Shown: in pieces, positions 29,831 to 40,675 of the stretch
Layout: each line of letters opens with the position of its first letter
How positions within the stretch are numbered: position 1 is the first letter of the stretch
Source: Candidatus Multivoradales bacterium
GTDB lineage: Bacteria > Acidobacteriota > Thermoanaerobaculia > Multivoradales > JAHEKO01
DNA: 64,000 nt
Reading direction: 5' to 3'
NCBI GenBank assembly: GCA_965248055.1
Contig: CBDFIJ010000004.1
Span: 1,792,001-1,856,000 of the forward strand
Translations under genes and position numbers: made by a program
The notes under the pieces: model-generated
What the model saw: only the letters and a program-made list of their open reading frames with translations
Databases searched by the model: none
Told to the model about the DNA's origin: nothing

Positions 29831-32800
29831 GTGAAGTCCAGAATCGTAGCCCTGATACTGCTTGTTTTCTCGTTTGCGACGTTCGCCGACGACTCGATCG
29901 ATCGGTCCGGTAATTGGGATGTCAACGGACCTCTCGGTTCACCGACATCAACCCTTGAATTCTCCACCGACCAGGGAACCTGGATGAACCTCGACGTCCA
30001 TCCCGACGGCGACCAGATCATCTTTGACCTTCTGGGAGATCTTTACTTGATTCCAATAGAAGGTGGCAACGCAATACGCCTGACCGAAGGAGCAGCCTAC
30101 GACTTCCAGCCGCGTTTCAGCCCAGACGGAACGCAAGTCCTATTCACCTCTGATCGAGGCAGCGTCAACTCTATTTGGGTCGCCGACTTCGACGGTAGCT
30201 TCTTGTCTGAATTCAAATCAGTCATCGATGGCAATGCCAATCCCTACGGTGGCGCCAACTGGACCCCTGATGGAGACTGGATCCTGGCGCGCAAGCGAGT
30301 CACCGATACCAGTTCGATCGGCATCTCGGAACTCTGGATGTTCCACAAAGAGGGTGGCTCAGGCATCAAACTCGTCGCTGATCGAGCCGAAGTGGACTCG
30401 TTTTCCGCCAGCTCTGATGGCCGCTACGTTTACTACGGTGCCGCGCCACCGTTTCAGTACAGTCGCAGCCCGTACCGAGCCATTTGGTCGGTCAACCGCT
30501 ACGACCGAAAAACCGGGGAGCAAAGACCGGTAAGTGCTGGCAACGGCAGCTCAGCAAGTCCGGTTCTGAATCCAGATGGAACCAAGATCGCGTTTGTCCG
30601 CAGAGTGGGCGGCAACTCAACGCTTTGGATCCACGACCTCAAGTACGGCTCCGAACGACAGTTGTGGGACGGACTAGACCGAGACCAACTGGAAACCTTT
30701 GGTACCCACCATATCTACCCCAACTACGACTGGACCCCCGATGGGTCAAGTCTGGTGGTGTGGGCTGGGGGCAAGATCGTTCGACTTGCCGTCGACAGCG
30801 ACCAAGTCTCAAATATCCCTTTCCACGCCGACCTCGCGATCCAATATCACCAACCACTGCGCTCCAAACGCGACCCCGCACCGAACACCCTTAAGGCGAA
30901 GCTCATTCGCTGGCCGGTGATCAGTCCGAGTGGTGAATCGATGGTGTTTGTTGCCTTTGGTCATCTCTACACGATGGCATTGCCAGATGGCACTCCAGAG
31001 CGAATCACCGATCTGGAATCGTTGGAGTTTTCTCCGGCCTTCTCCCCGGACGGTTCGACTTTGCTCTTCACCTCTTGGAACGACGAACAAGGAGCCGCAC
31101 TGCATTCAGTAAATCTGCGCCACGGACAAGCTAATTCTTCAGAAGTAATCTACCGGTCGCCCACTCAGCTTGCCAATCCGGCATTCTCGGCTGATGGCAT
31201 ACAAATCCTGGTGGTTGCCGGAAGTGGAGCTAATTTGAGAGGTCAGGAACTGAACGCAGAACAGCGCCACAACATTCTGCTTCTCGACGCCAAGGATCGA
31301 ACGCAGTCCCAAGTTGTGGTCTCGACCAAGAGCAGGGGTCCACAACGAAGAATCACCCGTCCAACCTTCTCCGCGGATGGACAGAGAATTTGGTATTTCG
31401 ACGACGAGGGAGGAGGAGGAGAGCGAGGTGAACGAACTCCGCCCAAGACCGCTTTGGTTTCCATCAAGCTTGACGGTACGGATCGCAAGATCCACATGCA
31501 GTTCAATTCCGCCCAAGAAGCGATGGTCAGCCCTGATGAATTGTGGGTAGCATTCACCGAACAGCACAATGCATATGTGACCGTGCTGCCCAAGGTCGGT
31601 TCGCCGGTCGATTTTGACCCCAATGCCGCAACCAACGGGTTTCAGCAACTCAGTCAAGACGGTGGGGAATGGGTCACCTGGAGCGGCGATGGGAAGTATT
31701 TGACTTGGGGATTTGCCGACACCGTCAGCCGTATTGCGACTGATCACATCGAGCTTGCTCCAAAGGCGACACCTCGAGATTCTGGGGATCATGGCGTCTT
31801 GGTCTTATCGGTCGCAATTGATAGTGAGGGCCAATACTCGACCACCAAGGATGCGACCGAGGAAATGACCGGCGACCTAGAACAGTTGAAATCTGTCCTG
31901 GAGTCAGCATGGCAGAACGCTGCCCAAGTGCGCGTCGATGTGGACGTCGCTGAAGACGCTCCATGGAAAGCCTGGAGCGAGCTGCAAGAACTCGCAGACG
32001 AGGCCAAGTTCGCGATCAAGCGTCTCGAAGAAGACGACACCGAAGAAAGCTCTGAGGAGAAAGACGGCGATCAGGAAAGTGAGGACGATCCGAGTGTCGA
32101 ACCCGAGGAGTACCAGATCGCCCTCGAACTCCCCCGGGCCAAACCACGGGGTACTGTTGCCTTCACCGGAGCTCGCATCATTACCATGAACGGAGATCAG
32201 GTGATTGAGAACGGTACGATCATGGTGCAAGATAATCGAATCGCTGCCCTCGGGCCGGCTGCTGAAGTGGACGTCCCGGCGGACGCTCGGACCTTCGATG
32301 TCACTGGCAAGACCATTATTCCTGGACTGATCGACGTCCACGCCCATATGGGCTACGCAGTGCTCGACATCAATCCACAGAAAGACTGGCAGTACTTCGC
32401 CAATCTCGCCTACGGAGTCACCACCACCCACGACCCTTCCGCCAGCACTCATACCGTCTTCAGTCAGGCAGAGATGATCGAGGCAGGGGTGATGGTGGGG
32501 CCGCGGATCTTTTCTACTGGGTTCATTCTCTATGGAGCCAACCTCTACGACAGAGCCATCATCAACAGCTACGCCGATGCTTTGTCGCACATCCGCAGAC
32601 TCAAACAACTGGGAGCCTTCAGCGTCAAGAGCTACGAGCAACCGCGTCGTGAGCAACGCCAGTGGTTGATTCGGGCGGCAGCGGAAGAAAACATGCTGGT
32701 GATGCCCGAGGGTGGTGGCGATTTTCCCAAAAACATGGGGATGATCATCGACGGCCACAGCGGCATTGAACACGCGCTTTCAGTCGGCCAGATTTACGAT

Positions 32801-33379
32801 GACGTGGTGCGCCTGTTCGCAGAGTCGCGCGCTGGCTACACCGCTACCTTGCTGGTGTCTTACGGTGGGCAAGAGGGAGAAAAGTGGTTCTACCAGCACA
32901 ACGATGTTTGGAAGAACGAGAAACTGCAGTCCTTCTTTCCGCCCCGGACCATCGACGCTCGATCTCGTCGTCGTGAAATGTCGGCTGACGACGACTACAA
33001 CCATATGTTGGTTGCCGAAGGCGTGAAGCAAATATCCGAAGCTGGCGGTTTGATCACCTTGGGAGCTCATGGCCAGCTGCAAGGACTCGGGGTCCACTGG
33101 GAACTTCAGGCAATGACCCATGGTGGCATGGAGCCTCACGATGCATTGCGCGCCGCGACTCTCAACGGTGCGGAGTACTTGGGCATGAAACAACACCTCG
33201 GTTCTCTGGAACCCGGAAAGCTCGCCGACCTGATCGTGCTGGACGCCAATCCGCTCGAAAAGGTCGAGAACGCCGAAAACGTCAGCATGACCGTGATCAA
33301 TGGCGTGGTTTATGACGCCGACAGCATGGATCAGGTGTGGCCAGAGGTGAAGCCCCGAGGCAAGTTCTATTTTCAATAG
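29831..33379 (+). CDS. Secreted TolB-like propeller + amidohydrolase fusion
   Basis: Signal peptide after GGAGGA; many SPDG repeats; PGLIDVHAH, GVTTTHDP, EH, GAHG, GKLADL. Confidence 0.9.
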   Translation: MKSRIVALILLVFSFATFADDSIDRSGNWDVNGPLGSPTSTLEFSTDQGTWMNLDVHPDGDQIIFDLLGDLYLIPIEGGNAIRLTEGAAYDFQPRFSPDGTQVLFTSDRGSVNSIWVADFDGSFLSEFKSVIDGNANPYGGANWTPDGDWILARKRVTDTSSIGISELWMFHKEGGSGIKLVADRAEVDSFSASSDGRYVYYGAAPPFQYSRSPYRAIWSVNRYDRKTGEQRPVSAGNGSSASPVLNPDGTKIAFVRRVGGNSTLWIHDLKYGSERQLWDGLDRDQLETFGTHHIYPNYDWTPDGSSLVVWAGGKIVRLAVDSDQVSNIPFHADLAIQYHQPLRSKRDPAPNTLKAKLIRWPVISPSGESMVFVAFGHLYTMALPDGTPERITDLESLEFSPAFSPDGSTLLFTSWNDEQGAALHSVNLRHGQANSSEVIYRSPTQLANPAFSADGIQILVVAGSGANLRGQELNAEQRHNILLLDAKDRTQSQVVVSTKSRGPQRRITRPTFSADGQRIWYFDDEGGGGERGERTPPKTALVSIKLDGTDRKIHMQFNSAQEAMVSPDELWVAFTEQHNAYVTVLPKVGSPVDFDPNAATNGFQQLSQDGGEWVTWSGDGKYLTWGFADTVSRIATDHIELAPKATPRDSGDHGVLVLSVAIDSEGQYSTTKDATEEMTGDLEQLKSVLESAWQNAAQVRVDVDVAEDAPWKAWSELQELADEAKFAIKRLEEDDTEESSEEKDGDQESEDDPSVEPEEYQIALELPRAKPRGTVAFTGARIITMNGDQVIENGTIMVQDNRIAALGPAAEVDVPADARTFDVTGKTIIPGLIDVHAHMGYAVLDINPQKDWQYFANLAYGVTTTHDPSASTHTVFSQAEMIEAGVMVGPRIFSTGFILYGANLYDRAIINSYADALSHIRRLKQLGAFSVKSYEQPRREQRQWLIRAAAEENMLVMPEGGGDFPKNMGMIIDGHSGIEHALSVGQIYDDVVRLFAESRAGYTATLLVSYGGQEGEKWFYQHNDVWKNEKLQSFFPPRTIDARSRRREMSADDDYNHMLVAEGVKQISEAGGLITLGAHGQLQGLGVHWELQAMTHGGMEPHDALRAATLNGAEYLGMKQHLGSLEPGKLADLIVLDANPLEKVENAENVSMTVINGVVYDADSMDQVWPEVKPRGKFYFQ

Positions 33380-33484
33380 GGAAGGGGCTTGCCCCTCTGG
33401 CTATTCCTCCAACCCCGAACCTGCGGGGCGCCCCTACGCGAGAGAGGTCACCGTCGGCTCCACGGCACGACATAGAATCAGCCT

Positions 33485-34021
33485 ATGAAGCATCGATTTG
33501 TCGCTTTCCTGCGTGGCATGAACCTGGGCCGCCGGCGCATTCGCAACGACGAGCTTTGTCGGTTGTTCACCGATATCGGCTTTGACGGTCCGAGTGCCTT
33601 TCTCGCCAGCGGCAACGTCATATTCGACTCTCCGGGAGGTCCTCCCGATGCGACCGAGATTGCTGCCGAGTTGGAACGGCAACTCAATTATCCGGTCGAT
33701 ACCTTCATCCGCTCGGCTGCGGAAGTGCAGGAGATCGCTAAGTACCAGCCCTTTCCGCCACCACAGACGAAAGGATTTACCGGCAAGTGCCAGGTGGCGA
33801 TGCTGGTCGGAGCTCCGGCACCGGATGTCGCCAAGGCTGTCTTAGAGCTACAGACCAGTGACGACCTGTTGGCTGTGCATAACAAAGAGCTCTACTGGAT
33901 GCCACGCGGCGGCCTGCTCGAGTCGGTTATGGACATGAAGTCCATTGGACGACTCTTGGGAACCATGACCAACCGCACCCAGCGAACTTTGGAGCGCATC
34001 GCTGCGCGATTCTTAGTGTAG
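33485..34021 (+). CDS. DUF1697-family protein
   Basis: VAFLRGMNLG, LASGNVIF, C-terminal TNRT. Confidence 0.88.
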   Translation: MKHRFVAFLRGMNLGRRRIRNDELCRLFTDIGFDGPSAFLASGNVIFDSPGGPPDATEIAAELERQLNYPVDTFIRSAAEVQEIAKYQPFPPPQTKGFTGKCQVAMLVGAPAPDVAKAVLELQTSDDLLAVHNKELYWMPRGGLLESVMDMKSIGRLLGTMTNRTQRTLERIAARFLV

Positions 34022-34140
34022 AGCCCTGACGGCGAGGCTCCCCGACATCACCGCCAACCTAATCTGCAGGGGAGGAGTTTCTTTCTGTGTCACGCCGGTC
34101 GGAACGCGCCTGCGCTACAGCAGCTCAGCCCCATAGCCTG

Positions 34141-34998
34141 TCATTGCCGCGCGGCGACGAAATCGACACCGTTGCGGAAGATGGCAATGCCTTGCCCCTC
34201 GCCATAACCAATTTCCTTGGGGCGGTGCGACCACAGTGGGTGTTGAAACGCATACAGAAAGGCGTCGGGATGGGGCATGATGCCAAATAACCTTCCCGAC
34301 GGATCACACACTCCAGCGATACCGCCGGGTGACCCATTCGGGTTAGCCGGCCATTCTTCGGTGGGCTGGCCGCTAGGATCCACATAACGCGCGGCGACCT
34401 GCCCCGCAGCTTCAATCCTGTCCAGTAGCTCTGGACTCTCAAGCAAGAACTTGCCCTCACCATGTCGGCTGGGAAGCTCCATGCTGTCGAGTCCACGGGT
34501 CCAAACACACGGCGAGTTCTGGTTGATGCTCAGCCGCACCCAAGCGTTGCGGTAGCCCAGATGGTCGTTGGGAGCGAGTGTCGCTCGCGGGGTCCGGTAG
34601 TCGCCGTCTAGACCAGGGAGCATCCCCAGGCGGGTCATCATCTGGAAACCGTTGCAGATGCCGATCGCCAGCCCTCCTCCCTCGATCAACGCCACCAGGC
34701 GATCGTACATACGATGGCGAATGCGGTTGGCAAAGACAAAGCCCGCACCCAAGTGATCGCCAAAAGCGAAACCACCGGGAAAAGAGACAATGTGGAAATC
34801 CGAAAGATGACGTGAACCGTCTAGAAGATCCGTCAGGTGAACTCTCTCAACGCTGGCTCCGGCCATTCTGAACGCGTGCTCAGTCTCGACTTCGCAGTTG
34901 AGTCCAAACCCGGACAACACTACCACCTGGACCGCGGCACGACGCACTACCAGTGCCTCGTCCGGTAACGCCCTCAACGCAACCACTCCGTCAGACAT
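34141..34998 (-). CDS. purQ: FGAM synthase glutaminase subunit
   Basis: GLNCE, PGGFAFGD, GICNGFQ, HGEGK, MPHPD. Confidence 0.93.
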   Translation of the reverse strand: MSDGVVALRALPDEALVVRRAAVQVVVLSGFGLNCEVETEHAFRMAGASVERVHLTDLLDGSRHLSDFHIVSFPGGFAFGDHLGAGFVFANRIRHRMYDRLVALIEGGGLAIGICNGFQMMTRLGMLPGLDGDYRTPRATLAPNDHLGYRNAWVRLSINQNSPCVWTRGLDSMELPSRHGEGKFLLESPELLDRIEAAGQVAARYVDPSGQPTEEWPANPNGSPGGIAGVCDPSGRLFGIMPHPDAFLYAFQHPLWSHRPKEIGYGEGQGIAIFRNGVDFVAARQ

Positions 34999-37900
34999 CG
35001 CTCCTCCTGGAGTGGAAGCTATGTCGCAGTTGATCGATGTCGAGGCCCACGTTCGCCCCTCTATCGCTTTGTATAGCCAGTGCCAGCTCTTCGGCTACCA
35101 CCCCGACTCGGGCACAAGGAAGATCTGCCAGCACCGCCTCAAATTCCTGTCGGTTTCGATCGGCAACCGTCACCACAAACCGACCGTTCGATTCTGAAAA
35201 CAAAGCCACGTCCGCATCCATCTTCGTGGCGCCTGGAAGCGCGCCGAGGTCTATCGAAACTCCCAGGCCTCCGGCCATCACGCACTTGGCGAGCGCCACG
35301 CCCAGTCCCCCCTTGGTGGGTGTCGCTGCGGAGCGGATCAAGCCTTGTTCCAACGCTCGGCTCAATGCCTGATACACCGGAAGGAATGCTGCGGTATCTA
35401 CCGTGGGCACCTTGGTGCCAACGTAAGCGGCAGGCACCGACAGGTTGTCGGTTTTCACCGCTTGATCCAGCACCCCTAAGTAACGAAAGTACTCACTACC
35501 GCCAGTGTGCTCCCCAGTCATCCCGAGCACATAGATCGCATCCCCAGCCTGTTTGAAATCCAAGGTGACAGCCATTTCCACGTCATCGATCTGGCCGATC
35601 GCCGACAGCAGCAAGGTCGGTGGCACCGAGATCTTGACCCCACCCATCACCGCGTCGTTCTTCATCGAATCCTTACCCGAGATCAGCGGTATGCCATAGG
35701 CAACGCAGGTGTCATAGAGGCCCCGGCAAGCGCGCACCAATTGTGCCAGTTTGTAATCACCGTCCGGGGCGCTGGCAGACAGCACCGGGTCTGGCCAGCA
35801 GAAATTATCCAGCGCGGCAATCCGATCCAAGCGCCCACCGGCGCATAACTGCTTGCGTAGCGCCTCATCCACCACCGTGGCGGCCATCTCCTGAGCGTCA
35901 AGATCGGAGAGATAAGGATTGACCCCCTCGGAGAGTACAAACCCACGTTTCGATTCGCCGCCGTCCAACTCGTGCCGCGCCAGGAACACGGTTGCCTCAG
36001 CCGGAATATCCTGCTCCACCCCGACCCACGGCTTGACCACCGACAGTGCCTTGACCTCGTGGTCGTAGTGGCGGGCGAAGTCTTCGTTGGAAGCGAGGTT
36101 CAAACCGGAAAGAAGTCCGAGCAAACTGGTTGCTAAGTCGGCGGGTCGGTTAGCAGGCTCATCGAAAACAGGGGGTTGCCAACGCGCAGGCAACACCATC
36201 TCCGGATCGCCCTCATGCAGGAAGTGCATATCCAGCAGGGCCACCGTTTGTTCGCCGTAAAACACGCGCAAGGTCGGATCAGCCGTGAACTCACCCAGGT
36301 CTGTAGCCTCCACCTCACGCCGCGCCGCCAGCGCCAGCAGCGTCTCTAGCTTCTCCGGAGGTACCGCCAGGGTCATCCGCTCCTGGGCTTCCGAGAGAAA
36401 AATCTCCCAGGGAGCCAACCCAGCGTACTTGAGCGGTGCCTTAGCCAAGTCCAAGATCGCTCCACCCGGGGTCTCTGCCATCTCGCCCACCGACGATGAC
36501 AAACCCCCGGCTCCGTTATCGGTGATCGCCGAGTAGAGCCCCAGGTCCCGGGCTTCGAGCAAGAAATCAAACATCATGCGCTGGGTGATCGGATCACCGA
36601 TTTGCACCGCTTGATTGGGCGATTCTTCATCCAGAGCGGCGGAAGAAAAAGTTGCACCATGAACCCCATCGGCGCCGATGCGACCACCAACCATGACGAT
36701 CCGGTCACCTGGGTTGGCCGCTTTCTCCTCGCCTGGCGTGCCGTCAATGGTCACCGGGAGTGAGCCCACGGTGCCGCAGAACACCAACGGCTTGCCCAAG
36801 TAACGGTGATCGAACACCTCCCAGCCGCGGCCATAGGGGACGCCGCTTTGGTTACCGCCGTCGATCACCCCGTGGTGTACCCCCTCGCGGATCCGTCGTG
36901 GGTGCAGCAATCCGGGAGGTAGCTCCTGATCCCATTCGGGAGGACCAAAACAATAACCCCAGACGTTGACCAGCAAGTCCGCTCCTCGGCCAGTGCCAAA
37001 AGGATCACGATTGACGCCGACAATGCCGGTGATCGCCCCACCGTAAGGATCCAGCGCAGACGGAGAGTTGTGTGTCTCGACCTTGTAGACCAGATGGACC
37101 TGATCGTCGAAGGTCACCACCCCAGCGTTGTCGTGAAACACCGACACCAACCAAGATTCCCCATCCCGGTCGATCTGCTGCTGGCGTACCGCGTCGGTGG
37201 TGCCTCGGATGTAGGTGCCAAACAGAGAATCAACCGTCTCGCTCGCTCCGTGCTCATCCTGATACTCAATCGTGGCGTTGAAGATCTTGTGCTTACAGTG
37301 CTCGCTCCAAGTCTGAGCCAAGCACTCCAGCTCGACATCCGTCGGTGACCCTTCAAGCCCCGCGGCTCGGCGATCAGAGTCGTCATCTAGACTGCGGAAG
37401 TGATCGCGGATGGTCTCCATTTCCACCAAGGACAGGGCCAAGAGCCCTTTGCGACTGATCTGCTCCAACTCTCGATCACTACCGGAAAGGTCGATGGCCT
37501 TGACCGCTGGCGGAGGTCCACCCGCCACCTTGGGGACCGTCAAGTCGGGGTCGGAGTTAATCCACTGGTTCCAGCTCGCAACCGTGATGGTTTGAATCAC
37601 CGGATTGGCCAGCAGCTCCACCGCCACCCGTTCGGCTTGCTCGGCGTCGAAGTCGCGAAACAGAACCAACGTCGAGGTGTAGACCGCAGCGCCCTCGCCC
37701 AGTTTCCGGCCAACAATGTCCTCGACCGCCACCAACGCACTCTTGCCCACCGGATCGGCAACTCCCGGCTTAAACGCCACTCGCACCGCGACATCAAACG
37801 GTTCCAAATCCACTCGGCCCAAAGCCGCTACCTGGCGCACCGGGTCGGCGAACTCTTTAGCTACTTGAGCCGCTTCAGACGCCGAAACCGCACCCTCCAG

Positions 37901-38044
37901 GTGAACCACATCCACCGTCTCCACCTGACCCACATCTAAGTGCAAAAACTCTAGTACTTGCCTAGCGACATGCTCCCCCCGCGGGTCGCGATGACCTGGT
38001 TTGAGAGCGATTTCGATGCGGTGGATGGGAGTAGCTCGGGGCAT
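34991..38044 (-). CDS. purL: FGAM synthase synthetase subunit with PurS-like N-terminal extension
   Basis: QTWSEHCKH, KVETHN, DNGAGG, SEAQERM, SGKDS, FSES. Confidence 0.95.
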   Translation of the reverse strand: MPRATPIHRIEIALKPGHRDPRGEHVARQVLEFLHLDVGQVETVDVVHLEGAVSASEAAQVAKEFADPVRQVAALGRVDLEPFDVAVRVAFKPGVADPVGKSALVAVEDIVGRKLGEGAAVYTSTLVLFRDFDAEQAERVAVELLANPVIQTITVASWNQWINSDPDLTVPKVAGGPPPAVKAIDLSGSDRELEQISRKGLLALSLVEMETIRDHFRSLDDDSDRRAAGLEGSPTDVELECLAQTWSEHCKHKIFNATIEYQDEHGASETVDSLFGTYIRGTTDAVRQQQIDRDGESWLVSVFHDNAGVVTFDDQVHLVYKVETHNSPSALDPYGGAITGIVGVNRDPFGTGRGADLLVNVWGYCFGPPEWDQELPPGLLHPRRIREGVHHGVIDGGNQSGVPYGRGWEVFDHRYLGKPLVFCGTVGSLPVTIDGTPGEEKAANPGDRIVMVGGRIGADGVHGATFSSAALDEESPNQAVQIGDPITQRMMFDFLLEARDLGLYSAITDNGAGGLSSSVGEMAETPGGAILDLAKAPLKYAGLAPWEIFLSEAQERMTLAVPPEKLETLLALAARREVEATDLGEFTADPTLRVFYGEQTVALLDMHFLHEGDPEMVLPARWQPPVFDEPANRPADLATSLLGLLSGLNLASNEDFARHYDHEVKALSVVKPWVGVEQDIPAEATVFLARHELDGGESKRGFVLSEGVNPYLSDLDAQEMAATVVDEALRKQLCAGGRLDRIAALDNFCWPDPVLSASAPDGDYKLAQLVRACRGLYDTCVAYGIPLISGKDSMKNDAVMGGVKISVPPTLLLSAIGQIDDVEMAVTLDFKQAGDAIYVLGMTGEHTGGSEYFRYLGVLDQAVKTDNLSVPAAYVGTKVPTVDTAAFLPVYQALSRALEQGLIRSAATPTKGGLGVALAKCVMAGGLGVSIDLGALPGATKMDADVALFSESNGRFVVTVADRNRQEFEAVLADLPCARVGVVAEELALAIQSDRGANVGLDIDQLRHSFHSRRSDV

Positions 38045-38252
38045 GATGAAGTACCGGTACGATTGTATCCGCGGTGGCGATTGGTTTTAACCACCCTCTC
38101 TGAGCCTTTTTCTCCTCCCTGGGCTTCGCTTGGGGTTCTGGCCGCTCGTCCAACGGCGGCGTGGTGCAACTTTTGCAGCCGAATTGGTTGCGAGCTACAA
38201 GATAGCCAACCACGTGCCGGATTGGCGCTTGTTATTGTTGGGCTTCCTGACG

Positions 38253-39437
38253 ATGAACGTGACACAACACCTTCGTGTATTGGCTTTGTCTGCTATTGGG
38301 CTGTGCAACTCGCTCTTTGCGCAACAGCTGACGGTGACGCATGGCAACTTCTCCACCACCTTCTTGATGACCGGCGAGCTGGTGGCCGAAGAGGCGGTTC
38401 GACTGACCATTCCCTTCGCCAACATCTGGCCAGTTACCATTCGCTGGATTGCAGAAGACGGCGTCAAAGTTGACCCAGGAGAGGTCGTTGCCGAGTTCGA
38501 CAACTCAAGTCTCACAAGTGAGTTAATTGAAAAAGAACGTACCGTAGAACAACAAGAGCTTGAGCTTCAAGCGCTCAAGGCTCGTACCCGAAGCGAGGAA
38601 CTCCGCGCATCTCTTGACCTTGAGAGAAAACAGTCGGCATGGGAGAAGGCCAAACTTGATGCGACCGTTCCAGCCAGTCTTTTGGCCTCCCAGGACTATG
38701 AGCGACGACAACTCGATATGCGACGCGCACAGCTGGCCTTCAACCAGGCCCAACAGACCCTGGGTCAACAACAGAAAAAGACGCTAGCTGAGATCCAAAA
38801 ACAATCAATCACCTTGGAGAAAGCCCGGCGCAGTGTTGCTCAAGCAAAAAATGGAATCGACCGGCTGGCACTAACGGCTCCCAAATCAGGAGTCCTGCTG
38901 ATTCATGAACATCCGCAAGAGGGAAGGACGTTTCAAGCGGGTGACTCTTCTTGGCCTGGTGTTTTGGTTGCCAGTTTGCCTGACCTTTCGACGTTGATGG
39001 TCAACGCATGGCTCTTCGACGTTGATGCCGGAAGAGTCGAAAGCGGCATGAGGGTAACCGCATCCATCGACGCTTTCCCTGAGCTTGAACTTGAAGGAGA
39101 AATCGTAGAGGTTCAGAGTTTTGCCGAGGCGCCCAAGCCTGGATCGAGCCAACGTCGGTTTCAAGTGCGCGCTCGGCTAAAGGATCTCGATCCTAGCCGT
39201 ATGCGCCCTGGGATGTCGGTCAAACTCATGGTGCATACGCTACAAGAAAAAGTCTTAGTGATTCCTAGGTCGACCCTCTTCTTTGATGCTTCTCAGCCCG
39301 GAAAGGTGGTTATGGCACACCTCGTCAACGGAAAGGACACTCCAGTAGAGCTTGGCTCTTGCAATCGAAGTCATTGCGTCCTCCTTGCGGGGCTGGATAT
39401 CGGCGCGAAGCTGATGAACACAGACCTAGGCCAGTGA
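38253..39437 (+). CDS. Efflux periplasmic adaptor (MFP) 1
   Basis: Lipoyl halves (EDG..V..GE; LTAPKSG), coiled coil, RPGMS. Confidence 0.85.
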   Translation: MNVTQHLRVLALSAIGLCNSLFAQQLTVTHGNFSTTFLMTGELVAEEAVRLTIPFANIWPVTIRWIAEDGVKVDPGEVVAEFDNSSLTSELIEKERTVEQQELELQALKARTRSEELRASLDLERKQSAWEKAKLDATVPASLLASQDYERRQLDMRRAQLAFNQAQQTLGQQQKKTLAEIQKQSITLEKARRSVAQAKNGIDRLALTAPKSGVLLIHEHPQEGRTFQAGDSSWPGVLVASLPDLSTLMVNAWLFDVDAGRVESGMRVTASIDAFPELELEGEIVEVQSFAEAPKPGSSQRRFQVRARLKDLDPSRMRPGMSVKLMVHTLQEKVLVIPRSTLFFDASQPGKVVMAHLVNGKDTPVELGSCNRSHCVLLAGLDIGAKLMNTDLGQ

Positions 39438-40675
39438 AGACGCACCAAGTGGGATCCGAACCGTTGCTTAAACGCACTATTCTGGTCACTTTGGCAGTAG
39501 CAATAGCTGCGCTGGTGGCTCTTGCTCTTTCGACCGCAAGCGGCCCTGGAAGTGGTTCGTCTCTGAAAGTCGAGAGGCGTGACCTAACGTTTGGTGTTGA
39601 GACCGAAGGTGAACTGCGCGCCACCAAAACCGTCTTGCTCGGGCCACCTCAAATCCAAAGCACGTGGAACTTCAAGATTTCGATGCTGGCAACCGATGGT
39701 CAGTCGGTTGAAGAAGGAACTCCGGTCCTTGCGTTCGACGCAACTGAGCTAGAGAGGAAGCTTCAAGAACGGCAGGCACGTGCTGAATCCACCCAGAAAG
39801 AACTGAGCAAAGTAACTACCGACCTAGAAATCGCCGGTCACACTCTGGAGCTAGAGCTGGCAGAGGCTGAAGGTCGGCTACGGCAGGCCCAGCTCAGAGC
39901 CGGAGTCACCGCTGAAACGACCGCTTCGCGTGAACTCGAGAAAGCACGCATCGACCTCCAATTGGCCGGTAAGGAGATTGAGGCGATCAACGCCCTTCTT
40001 GTCGAGCACAAAGAGAGAGAGCGGTCAGAAACCGCTGCGTTCCGTAAAAAGGTCGCGACTGCCCGGCAAACCGTTGAGCAGTTGCGCCAGGATGTCGCCG
40101 CCATGACTATTGTCGCCCCTAGATCAGGAACGGTCGTCCTCAGAGAGGACTGGCGCGGCAACAAGATGGACGTAGGCGACGATGTTTGGCGGGCTCAAAA
40201 GATCCTTGAGATTCCGGACCTCACCAAGATGGAAGGCGCAGCGCTGGTCAACGAGCAGGCAGCTGGACTTCTGCGAGAAGACCTCGTCGCGACCCTAGCC
40301 TTGGAATCTCAACCTGACCACGAGTACCAAGCCAGGATCTTGTCAATTCGCCGCTCGATTGGCCGCAAATCGCCGCAAAGCCCCGAAAAAGTCGTCCGGG
40401 TGGTCCTGGCGTTGGACGAAACCGATACCGAGAGAATGCGCCCCGGCATGCGTTTTCGAGGCACCATTGTCACCGATACTGCGGTCAATGTCCTCGCGCT
40501 TCCCCTGAACGCAATCAACTCCAATCCCGATGGGCGTCCCTATGTCGACACAATAGGTACTTTCGGCAAACGAAAAGTGTTTCCAGTGTTGGGGCGCAGA
40601 AATACAGACTATGTTGAGGTTCTTTCCGGGATAAGCGAGGGTACGCGAGTTGTTTCATCGGGGGCCGACAAGTGA
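39434..40675 (+). CDS. Efflux periplasmic adaptor (MFP) 2
   Basis: TM anchor, IVAPRSG, RPGMR, LSGISEG; GTGA overlap. Confidence 0.88.
   Translation: MKTHQVGSEPLLKRTILVTLAVAIAALVALALSTASGPGSGSSLKVERRDLTFGVETEGELRATKTVLLGPPQIQSTWNFKISMLATDGQSVEEGTPVLAFDATELERKLQERQARAESTQKELSKVTTDLEIAGHTLELELAEAEGRLRQAQLRAGVTAETTASRELEKARIDLQLAGKEIEAINALLVEHKERERSETAAFRKKVATARQTVEQLRQDVAAMTIVAPRSGTVVLREDWRGNKMDVGDDVWRAQKILEIPDLTKMEGAALVNEQAAGLLREDLVATLALESQPDHEYQARILSIRRSIGRKSPQSPEKVVRVVLALDETDTERMRPGMRFRGTIVTDTAVNVLALPLNAINSNPDGRPYVDTIGTFGKRKVFPVLGRRNTDYVEVLSGISEGTRVVSSGADK

Noticed and set aside
31904-33376. 289-aa and 198-aa minus-strand ORFs
   Set aside because: Antisense shadows of the amidohydrolase domain, expected at this GC content
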